A stretch of DNA of 64,000 bases from Mycobacteriales bacterium (GTDB taxonomy: Bacteria > Actinomycetota > Actinomycetes > JAFAQI01). Positions within the stretch are counted from its first letter, which is position 1; every line of letters starts with the position of its first letter. This document shows positions 39,307-50,317 of this stretch, one piece after another. The DNA is taken from the NCBI GenBank assembly GCA_035695045.1, contig DASSEX010000017.1, forward strand, positions 3,346 to 67,345, read 5' to 3'. Both the position numbers and the translations under genes were made by a program. The notes beneath the pieces are model-generated. The model saw only the letters and a program-made list of their open reading frames with translations, ran no database searches and was not told where the DNA came from.

Positions 39307-40475
39307 TCAGCCGATCGGTCGGCCGGCCACGACCGTGCGGGCGACCGGGTTCACACCCAGATGCGCGACGAGGTCCACCTCGTGCTCGGCGTCCAGCAGA
39401 ACGAGGTCCCCGCGGGCACCGACGCCGAGATGACCGGCGTCTGGGAGACGCAACGCCTTTGCGCCGCCGAGCGTGGCCGCGCGCAGCGCCTCCTCGACGG
39501 GCAGGCCCATCGCGAGACAGGCGAGCTGCACGGCGTACGGCATCGACTCGCACCACGCGCTGCCGGGGTTGCAGTCGGTGGCGATCGCGATCTCACAACC
39601 GGCCGCTCGAAGCGTCGCGGCATGGGCCCAGTCGCCGGAGCGCGTGTACAGGCTCACGACGGGGACCAGCACCGCGACCACGCCCGCGGCGGCGAGGGCG
39701 CGGGCGCCGGCCTCGTCGACATGCTCGAGATGGTCCGCGCTCGCGCAGTGCAGCTCCGCCGCGAGCTCGGCGGCACCCGTGTGCGCGATCTGCTCGGCGT
39801 GGATGCGCAAGCCGAGACCGTGCGCCTGCGCCGCCGTGAGGATGCGGCGCGACTCGTCGACGGTGAAGGCGCCCTCGTCGCAGAAGACGTCGCACCAGCT
39901 GGCCCCATGGGCCTGTGCGGCCGGGATCGACTCCACCACCTCGTCGACGTAGCTCGTCCGGTCGGCCTCCGGAGGCACGACGTGTGCACCGAGGAAGGTC
40001 GGCTCGACGGCGATCGGCTGGGTGGCCGCGACGTCGCGGATCACGTCGAGCAAGCGGCACTCGTCGTCCGGAGTCAGGCCGTACCCACTCTTCATCTCGA
40101 CGGTCGTCGTACCGTGCGACTGCATGGTCCGCACGCGCGCGACGGCATCGTCCAGCAGGACGTCGTACGACGCCGCGCGGGTCGCGGCCACGGTCGTCGC
40201 GATGCCGCCCGGCCGATAGCCGTCGCCGCTCAGACGGCCGGCGAAGTCCTCACGCCTGCTGCCGGCCCAGACGGCATGGGTGTGACAGTCGACGAAGCCC
40301 GGCAGCACCGCGGCGCCGTCCGCGTCGAGCTCGGGCAGGTCGTCGAGCCCGGCGGGCAGGTCCGTGTCGGCGCCGGTCCACGCCACCCGGCCCTCTCGGA
40401 CGACGACAGCCGCATCCGGAACCACCGGCGCGTGCCACGTCGTCAGCCGACCGATGTGGCGGACGACGAGGTCGG

Positions 40476-40479
<4 letters not shown>
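39307..40479 (-). CDS. hutI: Imidazolonepropionase
   Basis: ORF 39307..40998 was trimmed to ATG 40479, giving ATGA overlap with the hutU stop. Amidohydrolase motifs PGFVDCHTH and HAEQ..., and a late D in ATDCNPG. Confidence 0.9.
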
Positions 40480-42158
<1,679 letters not shown>

Positions 42159-42196
42159 GCCCGGACCCTAACTCCGATCGTTCAACGCCCGCAGCG

Positions 42197-43720
42197 TCAG
42201 ACCAAGGGACCTGTGACGCTCTCCGCAGCGGCGAGCAGGGCGCCGGAGCGGACGAGTCCTACTGTTGCTTCGATCTCGGGCGAGAGATAGCGGTCGGCGC
42301 CTGGGCCGGCGACCTCGGCGCGTAGCGCTTCGACCACCGCGGCAGTCGCCGGCGCGGGCGACAGCGGCGAGCGGATGTCGAGCGCGCGGGCGGCCGTGAG
42401 GATCTCGATCGCGAGGACGCGGCCCAGCGCGTCGACGGAGCGACGGAGCTTGCGGCCCGCTGACCAGCCCATCGACACATGGTCTTCCTGCATTGCCGAC
42501 GACGGGATCGAGTCGACACTCGCCGGGACCGCGAGTCGCTTCATCTCCGAGACGAGCCCCGCCTGCGTGTACTGCGCGATCATGTGGCCGCTGTCGACAC
42601 CCGGCTCTGCCGCAAGGAAGGGCGGCAGACCGTGCGAGCGGTTCTTGTCGAGCATCCGGTCGGTGCGGCGCTCCGAGATCGACGCCAGGTCGGCTGCCGC
42701 GATGGCGAGGAAGTCGAGCGCGTAGCCGACCGGCGCGCCGTGGAAGTTGCCGTTGCTCTCGATCCGCCCGTCGGGCAGCACGACCGGGTTGTCGATCGCC
42801 GAGGAGAGCTCGTACGACGCCACTCGGTCGGCATGGTCGATCGTGTCGCGGCAGGCACCAGCGACCTGCGGGGCGCAGCGCAAGGAGTAGGCGTCCTGGA
42901 CGCGAGTGTCGTCCGGACCGCGGTGCGAGGCGACGATCTCGGAGTCGCGCAACAGGGCTCGCATGTTCGCGGCCGAAAGCGCTTGACCAGGTTGCGGGCG
43001 GAGCCGTTGCAGGTCGTCGGCGAACACGCGGTCGGTGCCGAGGAGCGCCTCGACGCTCATCGCGGCCGCGAGGTCTGCCGTGCGAACGAGCCGACGCAGG
43101 TCGTGGATCGCCAGCACCAACATGCCGAGCATGCCCTCGGTGCCGTTGATGAGCGCGAGGCCTTCCTTCTCGGTCAGCTCGACCGGCTGCACACCGGCCT
43201 CGCGCATTGCGGCGGCGCGCTCGCCCTCACCCATCAGGGTCAGTGCCACATGGGCGAGCGGTGCGAGGTCACCACTGCACCCCAGCGATCCGTATTCACG
43301 GACCACCGGCGTGATGCCGGCGTTCAGCAGCGCAGCCAGTGTCTCCGCGACCACGGGCCGCACGCCGGTGCGTCCGGTCGCGAGCGTGCGCAACCGCAAC
43401 AGCATCATCGCGCGCACGACCTCGCGCTCGACCACCTCGCCGCTGCCGGCGGCGTGGGAGCGGATCAGCGAGCGCTGCAGGTCGGCGCGCCGGTCCAGCG
43501 GAATGTGCGTCGTCGCGAGGGCGCCGAACCCGGTCGAGACGCCGTAGACCGGGTGGTACGCGCGTGCGAGCTCCTGCACGTGCCGACTGCTGTCGCTCAT
43601 CGCCTCGACGGCGTCGAGCGACAGCTCGACGGGTGTCTCCTCGCGCGCGACGCTCACGACCTGCTGCGGCGACAGCGGCGCGGGACCGACGACGACCTCC
43701 ACGCCGTCATCCAACCTCAA
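42197..43720 (-). CDS. hutH: Histidine ammonia-lyase
   Basis: 507 aa with an MIO-forming segment GSLGCSGDLAPLAH, and NGTEGM and QEDHVSMG motifs. Confidence 0.95.
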   Translation of the reverse strand: MRLDDGVEVVVGPAPLSPQQVVSVAREETPVELSLDAVEAMSDSSRHVQELARAYHPVYGVSTGFGALATTHIPLDRRADLQRSLIRSHAAGSGEVVEREVVRAMMLLRLRTLATGRTGVRPVVAETLAALLNAGITPVVREYGSLGCSGDLAPLAHVALTLMGEGERAAAMREAGVQPVELTEKEGLALINGTEGMLGMLVLAIHDLRRLVRTADLAAAMSVEALLGTDRVFADDLQRLRPQPGQALSAANMRALLRDSEIVASHRGPDDTRVQDAYSLRCAPQVAGACRDTIDHADRVASYELSSAIDNPVVLPDGRIESNGNFHGAPVGYALDFLAIAAADLASISERRTDRMLDKNRSHGLPPFLAAEPGVDSGHMIAQYTQAGLVSEMKRLAVPASVDSIPSSAMQEDHVSMGWSAGRKLRRSVDALGRVLAIEILTAARALDIRSPLSPAPATAAVVEALRAEVAGPGADRYLSPEIEATVGLVRSGALLAAAESVTGPLV

Positions 43721-44538
43721 GGATCAGGGTTCGCGGCGGCACGTTCGACGAAGACCTCCGCCGCGCGTCGGCTCAGCGGACCGGGGGCGTTCGGCAGCGC
43801 AACACCGTCGACCGCGCGGATCGGCAACACCCCACGCGTCGTCGAGGTGATGAACGCCTCCTGGCTCGCTGCGAGGGCCTCGACCGGCACGACGCGCTCG
43901 CCGATCTCACCTGGCAGCCACTCGAGGAGCAGCTCTCGCGTGATGCCGCCGAGGCAGCCGCTGCTGAGCGGCGGGGTGACGAGCTTGCCCTCGAACTCGA
44001 CGAAGACGTTGCTGCCGGTGCCCTCGCACAGCTCATCGCGCGTGTTGGCGAAGATGGCCTCGGCCGCGCCGCGCTTCTTGGCCCACGACAGGGCGACGAC
44101 GTTGTCGGCGTACGACGTCGTCTTCAGACCCGCCGTCGCCGCGCGTTCGTTGCGCACCCAGGGCACGACGGCGACATCCGTCGTCGGCGGCCAGTCGTGA
44201 AGCGGAGCGGTCGCGACCATGACCGTGAGGGGGCCGTTCCCGCGATCCGAGCCGTACGGCGACGGACCGGCCGTGACCGTGATGCGCAGGCGCGCGCGTC
44301 GCGGCTGTTCGGCGAGGACGGCGTCGACGCCGGCTCGGATGAACTCGTCGTCGACGTCGAGGCCGAGCCCCGCGGCCGAGACGTGCAACCGGCGCAGATG
44401 CCGCGTCAACGCGAAGACGACGCCGTCCTGGATCTCGCAGGTCTCGAACACTCCGTCCCCGACGACCAGACCGTGATCGTCCGCCCTGATGACCGGTTCG
44501 TCCTCCGCAACCATCCGGCCGTTGACCCACAACGCCAC
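43717..44538 (-). CDS. Class IV (fold type IV) aminotransferase family protein, aminodeoxychorismate lyase-like
   Basis: 273 aa with DHGLVVGDGVFET, the catalytic-Lys region GLKTTSY, and EGTGSNVF. Overlaps the hutH start by 4 nt. Confidence 0.75.
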   Translation of the reverse strand: MALWVNGRMVAEDEPVIRADDHGLVVGDGVFETCEIQDGVVFALTRHLRRLHVSAAGLGLDVDDEFIRAGVDAVLAEQPRRARLRITVTAGPSPYGSDRGNGPLTVMVATAPLHDWPPTTDVAVVPWVRNERAATAGLKTTSYADNVVALSWAKKRGAAEAIFANTRDELCEGTGSNVFVEFEGKLVTPPLSSGCLGGITRELLLEWLPGEIGERVVPVEALAASQEAFITSTTRGVLPIRAVDGVALPNAPGPLSRRAAEVFVERAAANPDP

Positions 44539-44539
44539 G

Positions 44540-45532
44540 TCAGCTCACCGCCAGCAGCTTGTGCACCTTGAGCTCCGTCTCCTCCCACTCACCCGCCGGG
44601 TCGCTCCCCCAGGTGATGCCGGCACCGGTGCCGAGCTGCAGCAGCCCGTCCGACCAGGAGAAGGTACGGATCCCGACGGCGAGACATCCGACCGCACGGT
44701 CCGCGTCCACCCATCCGACGGCGCCGCAGTAGACGCCGCGCGGCACCGGCTCCAGCTGGTCGATCACGCGCAGCGCGCTGCGCTTGGGCGCGCCCGACAC
44801 CGATCCCGGCGGAGCCGCGGCCGCGAGCAGCTCGGCCCATCCACAGCCGTCCCGCAGCTCCGCGGTGACCGTCGAGACCAGATGCACCAGACCGGGGTGC
44901 CGCTCGACCTTCAGCAGGGAAGGAACCGACACGCTGCCCGTCGCGGCGGTCCTCGCGAGGTCGTTGCGCACGAGGTCCACGATCATCACGTTCTCGGCGC
45001 GGTCCTTGTCGGTCAGCCCTGCCGGCTCGCGCGCCGTGCCCTTGATCGGGCTCGACGTCACCGTGCGACCTTCGCGGCGAAGGAACAGCTCCGGGGATGC
45101 CGACGCCACGAACAACCCCGCCTCCGGGATCCGGATCGTCGCTGCGTAGGGGGCCGGGTTGCCGCGCCGCAAGGCCGCCCCGAGCGCGAGCAGGTCGGGT
45201 GACGACGCCATCCGCGAGGTGAGGACCCGGCAGAGATTCACCTGATACACGTCGCCGGACGCAATGCGCTCGCGGATGACCCGCACACCTTTCTCATAGG
45301 AATCGCGGTCGAGGCTCGAGGACCAGGCCGCGCGTGCCGGCATCGACCAGAGCGGGGCACCGGTATACGGGTCACCAACCTCCCGCCGCTCGGCCATCCG
45401 CACGCAGCTGAGCGAGCCCTCGAAGGTCTGGACGACGACCCAGACACCGGACGAGTCGAGCGCAGCGGGGTCGCTCGTCACATCGGTGCACCGGCTCAGC
45501 ACCTGGTTGCCGAAGATCGCCCAGCCGGACAC
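44540..45532 (-). CDS. Chorismate-binding enzyme, aminodeoxychorismate synthase component I-like (short form)
   Basis: ORF 44540..45841 was trimmed to GTG 45532, 2 nt after the upstream stop. Motifs YQVNLCR, SPELFL, PIKGT, GSVSGAPK and RGVYCGAVGW. At about 330 aa it is shorter than typical PabB, so the start and completeness are uncertain. Confidence 0.7.
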   Translation of the reverse strand: MSGWAIFGNQVLSRCTDVTSDPAALDSSGVWVVVQTFEGSLSCVRMAERREVGDPYTGAPLWSMPARAAWSSSLDRDSYEKGVRVIRERIASGDVYQVNLCRVLTSRMASSPDLLALGAALRRGNPAPYAATIRIPEAGLFVASASPELFLRREGRTVTSSPIKGTAREPAGLTDKDRAENVMIVDLVRNDLARTAATGSVSVPSLLKVERHPGLVHLVSTVTAELRDGCGWAELLAAAAPPGSVSGAPKRSALRVIDQLEPVPRGVYCGAVGWVDADRAVGCLAVGIRTFSWSDGLLQLGTGAGITWGSDPAGEWEETELKVHKLLAVS

Positions 45533-45533
45533 G

Positions 45534-46508
45534 TCAGGTCCGCAACGCGAGCCCGGCCGCCGCCTCGAGCACGCACATCGCGGCCAGCCGGACCGTCCGC
45601 TGGTCCTTGGTGTCACTCGTCGCGTCGACCTCGGTGACGTCGATCGCGCGCACCCGCGAGTCCTGCCCGGCCAGGAAGGCGGCCTGGAGGACCTCGGCCG
45701 CCGACAACCCGCCCGGAAGGCTGGCCGGACACGCCGGCGCGACGGAGCGGTCGCAGACGTCGAGGTCGAGGTCGACGTACACGGGCCCACCCGCACGTCC
45801 CGCAACGTCCAGCGCCTCCTTGACGCACTCCGTGATCCCACGCTGGGCGACCTCGTTGCGGCCGACGATGTGGATCCCGATGGCCGCCGCCTCGTCGGCG
45901 TAGGACTTGCTGTTGGCCCAGTCGGCTATCCCGACCTGGACGACGTGCTCGGCCGGCAGCCCCGCCGCGATGAGATCGCGCACCGGCGTGCCGTTGCTGC
46001 GGCCCTCCCGCAGGTCGTGGTGCGCATCCAGGGTGACCAGTCCCGTTCGATCGAGGCCCATCTCGAAGGCGCCGGCCATGACCGGGTACGTCGCCGAGTT
46101 GTCCCCTCCGAGCGCGATCAACAGCCGGCTCTTGACGGCACCGGTCCGGGCGGCCTGACGCACCCGCCACTCCCCCTCGACCGGGACGTCGGGATCGTCG
46201 ACGTCGCCCATGTCCCACGGCGAGAGCTCCGCGAGGTCCACCCGGCGCGACGCGCACCAGGTCGAGAACCGCGCGAGCGCCCGTCGTACCGCGGCCGGCG
46301 TCGCGTACGCGCCCGTCTTCGACAGCGACGTGCCGAAGGTCGGCACCCCCAGGATGGCGAGGTCAGGCGTGCCCGAGCCGGGACCAGCCGCGAGCCAGTC
46401 CCCCGCGCGTTGCCATCGCGGGTCGCGCGGAAGCGCCGCCGGCGCGACCTCGTGCTCGGTCACGCCGCCCACCGTAGTGGCGCCACTCCTGTATCGTTGT
46501 CGACGCAT
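45534..46508 (-). CDS. hutG: Arginase-family hydrolase, formimidoylglutamase (HutG)-like
   Basis: 324 aa with Mn-ligand motifs GGDNS, LDAHHDLR and DLDLDVCD. Context with hutHUI. The substrate was not verified. Confidence 0.7.
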   Translation of the reverse strand: MRRQRYRSGATTVGGVTEHEVAPAALPRDPRWQRAGDWLAAGPGSGTPDLAILGVPTFGTSLSKTGAYATPAAVRRALARFSTWCASRRVDLAELSPWDMGDVDDPDVPVEGEWRVRQAARTGAVKSRLLIALGGDNSATYPVMAGAFEMGLDRTGLVTLDAHHDLREGRSNGTPVRDLIAAGLPAEHVVQVGIADWANSKSYADEAAAIGIHIVGRNEVAQRGITECVKEALDVAGRAGGPVYVDLDLDVCDRSVAPACPASLPGGLSAAEVLQAAFLAGQDSRVRAIDVTEVDATSDTKDQRTVRLAAMCVLEAAAGLALRT

Positions 46509-46531
46509 CGAGGGGCTCCGACCCCCGGCGC

Positions 46532-46604
46532 GCGGACGTAGCGCAGTTGGTAGCGCATCACCTTGCCAAGGTGAGGGTCGCGGGTTCGAGTCCCGTCGTC
46601 CGCT
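46532..46604 (+). tRNA. tRNA-Gly (anticodon GCC)
   Basis: Acceptor GCGGACG/CGTCCGC, D arm GCGC/GCGC, anticodon stem TCACC/GGTGA with loop TTGCCAA, T loop TTCGAGT. Confidence 0.9.
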
Positions 46605-46657
46605 CGGCGACGCCCCTGGGCGTCAGTGGGGCCTCACCCCGGCAGACGGGGCCCTGC

Positions 46658-46729
46658 GGCGGGATGGCCGAGTGGCTTAGGCAAGGGCCTGCAAAGCCCT
46701 GTACGCGGGTTCGATTCCCGCTCCCGCCT
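46658..46729 (+). tRNA. tRNA-Cys (anticodon GCA)
   Basis: Acceptor GGCGGGA/TCCCGCC, anticodon stem AGGGC/GCCCT with loop CTGCAAA, T arm GCGGG-TTCGATT-CCCGC. Confidence 0.9.
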
Positions 46730-46769
46730 CGTGGCACGGCACAATGTCGGGCAACACCTGCAGTACGAC

Positions 46770-46846
46770 GGGCGGTTGGCGCAGTCTGGTAGCGCGCTTC
46801 CTTGACACGGAAGAGGTCACAGGTTCAAGTCCTGTACCGCCCACCA
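46770..46846 (+). tRNA. tRNA-Val (anticodon GAC), CCA encoded
   Basis: Acceptor GGGCGGT/ACCGCCC, anticodon stem CTTCC/GGAAG with loop TTGACAC, T arm ACAGG-TTCAAGT-CCTGT, then ACCA. Confidence 0.9.
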
Positions 46847-46962
46847 CAGGCTCTAACGTCCCCTATAGTCGCGCCTGACCGAACGGCTGATCCTCGCGGT
46901 CCGCGAGACAGCGCCCCCCTCCGGGGTGCACGCTGTCCCGAGACATAGGCATGGGGGCGTGG

Positions 46963-47346
46963 ATGGAGACCGCAAAGGTCCTCGTGGTCGAGGACGTGCC
47001 AGAGCTGTCGCGACTGCTCGAGATGACCTTCGAGCTCGACGGCCGGTTCGTCCCGATCGGCACCGCCACCAGCGGCGGCGCCGCGCTCGACCTTGCCGCC
47101 CGGGAGCGGCCCGACGCCGTCGTCCTGGACCTGTCGATCGACGGGATCGACGGGATGGGTGTGCTTCCGTCGCTGCGCGCGGTCCTGCCCGAGGCCCGGA
47201 TCATCGTCTTCACCGGCCGCGACGATCCGCAGCTGCGCGAGCATGCGCTCGCCGCCGGCGCGACGGCGTGGGTGCTGAAGGGCGGCGACCTCAACTCGCT
47301 TCTCGACGAGCTGTCGGACGCGATCCCGTCACAGCAGGGTCAGTAG
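46963..47346 (+). CDS. Stand-alone response-regulator receiver (CheY-like) protein
   Basis: METAKVLVVEDV (acidic pair), phospho-acceptor D in AVVLDLS, T in VFTG, K in VLKG. No output domain. ATG 46951 is an alternative start. Confidence 0.8.
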   Translation: METAKVLVVEDVPELSRLLEMTFELDGRFVPIGTATSGGAALDLAARERPDAVVLDLSIDGIDGMGVLPSLRAVLPEARIIVFTGRDDPQLREHALAAGATAWVLKGGDLNSLLDELSDAIPSQQGQ

Positions 47347-47352
47347 CCCCGC

Positions 47353-47664
47353 TCAGTAGCTGCCTTGCGGGTCGCTGCCCGCGTGGCCCTGGCCGCCGTA
47401 CTCGCTCACGTCGTCCATGATGTGCACCGCACGGGCGAAGACGCTCCCGAGCACGACGATGGCCACGCCGATCCAGAACATCGGCCAGTTCCAGACGATC
47501 ATCGCGACGCCGCCGAGCACGAACCCGATGACGATGACGAGGCAGGCGATCCACGACTTGACCGAGGCGCCGTGGCCGCCGACGTTGCTCGTGGACGACA
47601 CGCTGTCTCCTTGCTGCAGGCTGTGACCGGCTGAACCGTCTGGGCGGACTGTTGCGCGGCTCAT
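47353..47664 (-). CDS. Small two-TM membrane protein (HGxxPAAW-family-like)
   Basis: 103 aa with GGHGASVKSW immediately before TM1 (IACLVIVIGFVLGGVAMIV), then TM2. The family name is from memory and the match is loose. Confidence 0.5.
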   Translation of the reverse strand: MSRATVRPDGSAGHSLQQGDSVSSTSNVGGHGASVKSWIACLVIVIGFVLGGVAMIVWNWPMFWIGVAIVVLGSVFARAVHIMDDVSEYGGQGHAGSDPQGSY

Positions 47665-47668
47665 CGTG

Positions 47669-48631
47669 TCATGTCGTGGCCGACACGCTCGTCGCGGCCT
47701 GCTCCTCCTCGAGCCGCGCCTCGGCCGTCGCGCGTAACGGCCAGAGCCGGTCGATCTCGGCGTTGAGCTCGGCGCCGAGCAAGATCGCCAGCGCCGTCAG
47801 GTAGAGGAAGATCAGCACCGCGACCGGCGCCGACAGCGGACCGTAGGTCGCCGTCGACCGGAACGCCCAGGTCAGCCAGATCCGCAGCACGAACGAGCCT
47901 GCGACCCAGACGACCAGTCCGAGGACCGCACCCGGCAGCGCTCGTCGCCACGGCGTCCGCACGGGAACGCTCAGGTGGTAGAGCGTCGCGAGCAGGGACA
48001 GCGTGATGACGACGACCACCGGCCAGTAGCCGAGCGACACGATGATGTGCATCGCGTGGTGCCAGTTCTTCGGCGTGAGCCGCACGATGAGGCCAGGCCC
48101 CAGCACGAGAAGCGGCAGCAGCACGACGCCCGCGACGACGAACGCGACGTAGAGCACCAGGGCGAGGATGCGGCTGTGGACGGCGTTGCGGTGGTGGCGC
48201 AGTCCGTAGGCGATGGTGATCGTGTTGACGTACGTCGCCATCGCCGACGATCCGGTCCAGAGCGACACGACGAAGCTGATCGAGACGACGTCGGCGCGGC
48301 CGCCGGCAAGGATCCGGTCGAGCGCCGGCTTCACGGTCGAGTCCACGGCACTCGGCACGATGACGTGCTTCGCGCCGCGCAGGATCGCGCCCTCGATGTC
48401 GTGGATCGTGTCCGGACCGAGACTGCCGCTGAAGAAGCCGATGATGCCGACGATCCCCAGCAGCATCGAAGGCAGCGACAGCAGCTGCCAGAACCCGGCC
48501 TCGGCGGCCAGGCCGAGGACACGGTCGCGCCACGCACGTCCGACCGTCGTGGCGATGACGGTCCAGATGACGCCGACGCCCCGGCGACGCGCCGGAAGCG
48601 TGCGCTCGGTCTCATCGACGATCGTCGCCAC
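47669..48631 (-). CDS. YihY/BrkB (virulence factor BrkB) family membrane protein
   Basis: 320 aa, about 6 TM, with SLWTGSSA, LYHLSVP and LLGAELNAEI motifs. Confidence 0.8.
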   Translation of the reverse strand: MATIVDETERTLPARRRGVGVIWTVIATTVGRAWRDRVLGLAAEAGFWQLLSLPSMLLGIVGIIGFFSGSLGPDTIHDIEGAILRGAKHVIVPSAVDSTVKPALDRILAGGRADVVSISFVVSLWTGSSAMATYVNTITIAYGLRHHRNAVHSRILALVLYVAFVVAGVVLLPLLVLGPGLIVRLTPKNWHHAMHIIVSLGYWPVVVVITLSLLATLYHLSVPVRTPWRRALPGAVLGLVVWVAGSFVLRIWLTWAFRSTATYGPLSAPVAVLIFLYLTALAILLGAELNAEIDRLWPLRATAEARLEEEQAATSVSATT

Positions 48632-48679
48632 GGCTGCAACGGTACGGCGTCACCCGCCTTCGTCTGCGACACTCGGCGC

Positions 48680-50317
48680 GTGGTGTCCACGCACGAAGTG
48701 CAGAACCAGCCGCCGCCGCTCGAGGGTTACGACGTGTTCTCGGCCGACGCGGCGCTGGTCGAGGCCGTCACGAGGCACGAAGCCGGCTGGGCCGTCGACC
48801 GACTGACTCGGCTCGGCACACTCGCCGGCAGCACTGAGGCTCAGGAGTGGGGACGCCTGGCGAACGACGTTCCGCCCGTTCTGCACCCCGTCGACCGCTA
48901 TGGCCGACGCGTGGACGAGGTCGAGTTCCACCCCTCGTGGCACCAGCTGATGCAGGTCGCGGTTGGCAACGGGCTGCACGCCTCGTCCTGGGTCGACGAC
49001 CGGCCGGGCGCGCAGGTTGCGCGCGCCGCCGGCTTCTCCGTCTGGTCGCAGGTCGAGGGAGGACACGGCTGCCCGATCTCGATGACCCATGCAGCCGTGC
49101 CCGCTCTTCGCGTCGACCCGGCGCTCGCCGCAGAGTGGGTGCCCCGCTTGACGTCGTACAGCTATGACTTCGGACTGCGACCACCGCAGGACAAGGCGGG
49201 CTGCCTGGCCGGGATGGGGATGACGGAGAAACAGGGCGGCTCCGACGTCCGCACCAACACGACCCGCGCCGTGGCGCAGCCGGACGGCACTTACCTGCTG
49301 ACCGGCCACAAGTGGTTCACGTCTGCGCCGATGTGCGACGTCTTCCTCGTGCTGGCGCAGGCAGAGGCGGGGCTCACGTGCTTCCTCGTGCCGCGGGTCC
49401 TCCCCGACGGCACGCGCAACACGTTCCGCATCCAGCGGCTCAAGGACAAGCTCGGCAATCGCTCCAACGCATCCAGCGAGCCGGAGTTCGACGAGACGGT
49501 TGCGTGGCGGCTCGGCGACGAAGGCCGCGGTGTGCGGACGATCATCGAGATGGTGATGATGACGCGGCTCGACTGCGTCATCGGGTCGACGTCACTGCTG
49601 CGCGCCTGTGTCGCGCAGGCGACGCATCACGCGCGCCACCGGCAGGCCTTCGGCTCCTATCTCATCGACAAGCCGCTGATGTGCAACGTCCTCGCCGACC
49701 TCGCGATCGAGTCGGAGGCGGCGACGGTGCTCATGGCCCGGCTCGCCGCTGCGACCGATGCCGGTTTCGCAGGCGACGGCACCGAGGCGGCGTTCCGACG
49801 GATCGGGTTGGCCGTCGGGAAGTACTGGATCTGCAAGCGAGGGCCCGCGGTTGCCGCGGAGGCGCTCGAATGCCTGGGTGGCAACGGTTATGTCGAGGAC
49901 TTCCCCATGGCGCGGCTCTATCGCGAGGCGCCGCTGAACTCGATCTGGGAAGGTTCCGGCAACGTCAACGCGCTGGACGTGTTGCGCGCTCTCGCCCGCG
50001 AGCCGCAGGCGCTCGAGGCGTTCTTCGGCGAGGTGGCGGCGGGAGCAGGCGCGGACCGTCGCCTCGACGATGCGGCCGCGGCGGTCCGGGCCGAGCTCGA
50101 CGACGTCGGCGACATCGAGCTGCGCGCCCGGCGGCTGGTCGAGCGGATGGCCCTCGTGCTGCAGGGCTCGCTGGTCGTGCGCTACTCGCCGCCCGCGGTC
50201 GCCGACGCGTTCTGCGCATCCCGGCTCGGCGGCGACTGGGGCAACTGCTTCGGCACGCTCCCGCCGACGACGGACCTCGAGGCGATCCTGGAGAGGTCAG
50301 CCCCGAAGGTCGCGTGA
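48680..50317 (+). CDS. Acyl-CoA dehydrogenase family protein, AidB-like
   Basis: In-frame GTG at 48680 within ORF 47975..50317. MTEKQGGSDVR, GHKWFTSAP and LECLGGNGYVE motifs are typical of AidB-type ACADs. Confidence 0.85.
   Translation: MVSTHEVQNQPPPLEGYDVFSADAALVEAVTRHEAGWAVDRLTRLGTLAGSTEAQEWGRLANDVPPVLHPVDRYGRRVDEVEFHPSWHQLMQVAVGNGLHASSWVDDRPGAQVARAAGFSVWSQVEGGHGCPISMTHAAVPALRVDPALAAEWVPRLTSYSYDFGLRPPQDKAGCLAGMGMTEKQGGSDVRTNTTRAVAQPDGTYLLTGHKWFTSAPMCDVFLVLAQAEAGLTCFLVPRVLPDGTRNTFRIQRLKDKLGNRSNASSEPEFDETVAWRLGDEGRGVRTIIEMVMMTRLDCVIGSTSLLRACVAQATHHARHRQAFGSYLIDKPLMCNVLADLAIESEAATVLMARLAAATDAGFAGDGTEAAFRRIGLAVGKYWICKRGPAVAAEALECLGGNGYVEDFPMARLYREAPLNSIWEGSGNVNALDVLRALAREPQALEAFFGEVAAGAGADRRLDDAAAAVRAELDDVGDIELRARRLVERMALVLQGSLVVRYSPPAVADAFCASRLGGDWGNCFGTLPPTTDLEAILERSAPKVA

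Noticed and set aside
42197-43720. HutH carries Cys-Ser-Gly (GSLGCSGDLAPL) instead of the textbook Ala-Ser-Gly MIO-forming triad.
   Set aside because: As far as I recall, the first position of the triad varies among MIO enzymes, and Cys at this position occurs in actinobacterial HutH. Ser-Gly is intact. I therefore do not consider it evidence of altered function without an alignment.
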